From the NCBI GenBank assembly GCA_963737655.1, contig CAVTTN010000002.1:128001-192000 (forward strand): a stretch of 64,000 nucleotides of DNA. Reading direction: 5' to 3'. Of the stretch, positions 61,069 through 64,000 are shown piece after piece. The notes under the pieces were generated by a model. It saw nothing but the letters and a program-made list of their open reading frames with translations. It made no database searches and was not told the DNA's origin. The first letter of the stretch is position 1, and each line of letters opens with the position of its first letter. Source of the DNA: an uncultured Planctomycetota bacterium. Lineage in GTDB: Bacteria; Planctomycetota; Planctomycetia; Isosphaerales; Isosphaeraceae. A program made the translations under genes and the position numbers.

Positions 61069-61944
61069 ATGGAGATCGAGACGACCACCATCCGATCCAT
61101 CCTGACGCGTTCGTCGGGCTATCTTCGGACGGTCTGCTCCCACTCCCTCCAGCCTTACCGCGGATGTCCCCTTGGCGCCTCGCTTTGCGGGGTGGGCTGC
61201 TACGTCCGCCACAACGTCCATGTGACCCGGGGCAAGCCCTGGGGTTCGTTCCTGGAAGTCCGCGAGAACGCGTCGTCCGCATACCGGTCCGCCTATGAAA
61301 CGGAACGGTCGTGGGCCTTGCGCTCCCGGGGGCGGTTCGAGATCTTCCTGTCCAGCGCCACCGAGCCGTTTCCGCCCCAGGAAAAGCGATTCGGGGCCAC
61401 TCGCCGGGTCCTGGAAGCGATGATCGACCTGCCTCCCGGCGGCCTGATCGTCCAGACCCATTCGCCGGAAGTCCTGGACGCCCAGGATCTCCTGGTCGCC
61501 CTGGCCCGCAAGACGGCGGTGAGGGTCCACGTCTCGATCGAGACCGATCGCGACCGGATTCCCGGCCTGCCGGCGCCGGCGAGTCCGGTGAGCCGGCGGT
61601 TCGAGGCGGCCCGGACGTTGCGAGACGCCGGGCTCCGCGTGGTGATCACCGTCTCGCCCCTCTTGCCGATCGCCGACCCGGACCGCTTCTTCGCCCGGGT
61701 CGCCGCATCGGCCGATGCCGTGGTCCTCGACCACTTCATCGGGGGCGACGGCTCGGCCGACGGCGGCCGGACCCGCCGCACTCTGCTTCCCGAGGCGATG
61801 GCGGCGCTCGACCCCTCGTCGGTCGAGATCGAATTCATGCACCGGATGGGCGAGGTCGCCGAGAGGCACCTGCCCGGACGGGTCGGCTACCACATCGACG
61901 GCTTCGCCGGCCGGTTCGGTCCGGCGACCGAGCCACCGGCGTGA
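61069..61944 (+). CDS. Radical SAM protein, spore photoproduct lyase-like family
   Basis: SILT, LQPYRGCPLGASLCGVGCY, LSSATEPF, SIETD, SPLLP. Confidence 0.82.
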   Translation: MEIETTTIRSILTRSSGYLRTVCSHSLQPYRGCPLGASLCGVGCYVRHNVHVTRGKPWGSFLEVRENASSAYRSAYETERSWALRSRGRFEIFLSSATEPFPPQEKRFGATRRVLEAMIDLPPGGLIVQTHSPEVLDAQDLLVALARKTAVRVHVSIETDRDRIPGLPAPASPVSRRFEAARTLRDAGLRVVITVSPLLPIADPDRFFARVAASADAVVLDHFIGGDGSADGGRTRRTLLPEAMAALDPSSVEIEFMHRMGEVAERHLPGRVGYHIDGFAGRFGPATEPPA

Positions 61945-62339
61945 AGGAAAATCGCGACGCCGCGGCCTCCAGCCCCTTTGGAATGCAAATTCCTCTCGGA
62001 GAATCGGTTGCGGCGATTTTGCCTTTGGAGTTGAAGTCCGGGACCGGACAAAAACGTCCGGAATCGTGAAATTCACCGAATAGTTGCGAACCTCCGGCGC
62101 AATAATGTTGTCCATCGAAGCGAGCGAGGGCCGCCCCGGCGGTCCTGTCGCCGTCGATGCCCCGGGCGTGTGGCCCCGGGCCGGAACTGGGAGGAGTCGG
62201 TTTCGCGAGAAAACCTCCTGGGCCGGGCCCCCTCCGACGTGAGGAGGTCCGACCGCCCTTCGGCGGGTCGTCCGCCGAGCCACAGTTGTCTCTCTTCTCC
62301 ATCCCGCCCCTTGATCGTGGCGGACGCGAGGGTTGGACC

Positions 62340-62950
62340 ATGTTGAACCGCACGAATCTGTCGCTGACGGCCTCTTCGAACGGGCTGAACCTCGGCACGC
62401 GGTCGCTCGCCCTGGTGGCGGGCCTCAACATCGGCTCGACCCTGCGCACCGTCCACGCCTATCCCGAGCGTCGCGGAGATACCCCGCGCGAGGGGAAGGA
62501 TACCAAAGCGATGGGAGGGCCCTCGATGATTATGCGAGGGTCTTCCCCGATCGCCGGGTCCTTTCCCGGCTCACCGCAAGGCTCGTCCCGGTCCGAACCG
62601 GGCGGTCCGAGCGAGGCGAGGTTCGTGTTCTTCGAGGTTGAGCCGGTCGCCGTCGGGAACCTGGTCGTCGGCAACGACCAACCCGATCCGGGCCGGAGGC
62701 ATCAGCCCGCCAGTCAAGCCCGACAGTGTGTCGGGAGCTGGCCGAGGAGCCGAGCTACGTCGATCCCCGTCCCGGCGAGATCTGCCGCGGCCGGGGGGTG
62801 AGCGCCGAACCCCTGACCACACTCCGTTCTGAGCCACGCCGGGAGAGGCCCGGGGGAAGTCTGCTTTCCCCCGACCGGACGATCCCGGCCGAGTTCCGAC
62901 CTGATGGGCAGGAGTCCGGCTTCGCGTGGACCGCGATGGCCGCTGACTGA
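62340..62950 (+). CDS. Putative ~200-aa disordered protein upstream of the ECF sigma factor (probable 1-nt deletion near 62735)
   Basis: GAGGG RBS 7 nt before ATG 62340; MLNRTNLSLTASSNGLNLG... with G/C-ending codons; the bias moves at gtcgggagctg into ORF 62726..62950, which ends AWTAMAAD. Confidence 0.4.
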
Positions 62951-63197
62951 TGCCGTCGCACCGCGCACCCGCCGTCACCGTCGGCCGCCCCGAGAGGCGT
63001 CCGAGGATCGGTCGGTTGGTCGGTCCGAGTCTGGCCCCTCGCCGGAGATCCGGCGTGGGAGCCCCCGGACCGGGTCCATCCACCCCCGCTCCTCGATCCC
63101 TCCGCCCGCGGCCGGTCCCGTGATCCGCGAGTGCCCGGTCGAGACCCCTTCCCAGGGGCCCGACCGCGGCCGGCCCCCGAGGATGGGGAGACTGACC

Positions 63198-63854
63198 GTG
63201 ACCGCGACCCTTTGCCAGACGCCCCCGAAGACCCCGACCCGCTGGACCGCCATCGCCGAGCTCGTCGAGCGCGCCCAGGGCGGGGACCGCCAGGCATTCG
63301 GCCTCCTGGCCGAGCAGTTCGAGCGCACGGTCTACGCCGTGGCCCTGGCCCGCCTGGGCAATCCGAGCGAGGCGGCCGAGCTGACCCAGGAGGTCTTCCT
63401 CCACGTCATGCAGCGGCTCGACCAGCTCCGCGAGCCCGAACGGTTCGCCGGCTGGCTCCGCCAGGTCGCCGCGAGGATGGCCATCAACCGGGCCACCCGC
63501 CGCGTCCCGCCGTCCAGCGTGGAGAGCGAGATCCTCGAAGGGGCCGTCGCCGACGATCGGAGAGGGGCTCCCCTCGACAACCTGATCGCCCGGGAACGGG
63601 CCGAGAAGCTCTGGGACGGCCTGAACCGGCTCAAGGCGCTGGACCGCGAGACCCTCGTCTCGTTCTACATCCAGGGCCGCAGCCTGATCGAGATGTCTGA
63701 GAGCCTGGAAGCCCCGATCGGCACGATCAAGAGGCGGCTCCACACCGCCCGGAAGCGCCTGAGGGCCGAACTCCAGGCCGGTCGGGCCGACGCGGAGGAG
63801 TGGTTCGAAGGGGAAGAAGAGGAGTCCGAAGACTTCCTCGAATTCGCCCGATGA
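63198..63854 (+). CDS. ECF RNA polymerase sigma-70 factor
   Basis: GGAG 7 nt before GTG 63198; LVERAQGGDRQAF, ELTQEVFL, FAGWLRQVA, GTIKRRLHTARKRLR; acidic tail. Confidence 0.93.
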   Translation: MTATLCQTPPKTPTRWTAIAELVERAQGGDRQAFGLLAEQFERTVYAVALARLGNPSEAAELTQEVFLHVMQRLDQLREPERFAGWLRQVAARMAINRATRRVPPSSVESEILEGAVADDRRGAPLDNLIARERAEKLWDGLNRLKALDRETLVSFYIQGRSLIEMSESLEAPIGTIKRRLHTARKRLRAELQAGRADAEEWFEGEEEESEDFLEFAR

Positions 63855-63877
63855 CCGGCGGAGCGGCCGGGACCGAA

Positions 63878-63916
63878 CCGAGGCGGACGCCCGGCCCGAG
63901 CCGGCGTCCGCCTCGG
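63878..63916 (+). terminator. 14-bp perfect stem-loop after the sigma gene (terminator-like, no U tract)
   Basis: CCGAGGCGGACGCC-N11-GGCGTCCGCCTCGG. Confidence 0.5.
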
Positions 63917-64000
63917 CGGATTCCGGGCGATCCGCCGACCTCGGAAGGCTTGACGTCAAACCGGGAGCCTCCAGGCCAGTTCCAGGAGGAGTTGCCGGGC

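Noticed and set aside
62033..62045. GAAGTCCGGGAC resembling the RNase P RNA 5' motif
   Set aside because: Does not match GAGGAAAGTCC, and no 3' ACAGAA-CCGGCTTA motif follows.
63950..63959. Perfect palindrome TTGACGTCAA
   Set aside because: Single 10-bp occurrence at the window edge; the downstream context is not visible.

Overview
High-GC chromosomal region of a Planctomycete, probably Isosphaeraceae-like (inferred from the DUF1501, DUF1549/DUF1553, DUF4058 and sulfatase content). Left to right: (1) a minus-strand sulfatase unit (two arylsulfatases, an NTF2/SnoaL-like protein, and a secreted Gly-rich low-complexity protein that runs off the left edge and is absent from the ORF track); (2) HpcH aldolase, SGNH hydrolase and two DUF1549/1553-DUF1501 pairs; (3) Gfo/Idh/MocA oxidoreductase, KaiC-like ATPase, uvrA, moaD-moaE-moaA, glucose dehydrogenase and GH15; (4) gap-pgk-rpe-(His-less phosphatase)-accD-SDR-FG-GAP protein, divergent from tRNA-Thr(CGT); (5) DUF1501 and an ABC-2 exporter; (6) an unusual suf operon: sufR-sufC-[xisH xisI]-sufB-[two unknowns, NADAR, membrane protein]-sufD-rhodanese-sufE-sufT, with no sufS, sufU or sufA; (7) two catalytically degenerate regulators, lpxB, DUF4058, YyaL-like protein, a second aldolase, a D-2-hydroxyacid dehydrogenase, an SPL-like radical SAM protein, and an ECF sigma factor behind a 1.2 kb hairpin-rich region with a probable upstream ORF. 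Seven genes, possibly eight, carry single-base indels, mostly in G/C runs, which are most likely sequencing errors. No CRISPR array, rRNA or transposase was seen. The best novelty candidate is the SufS-less, rhodanese/SufE-coupled suf operon with its inserted cargo genes. All family assignments come from motif recognition by eye; no database searches were run.
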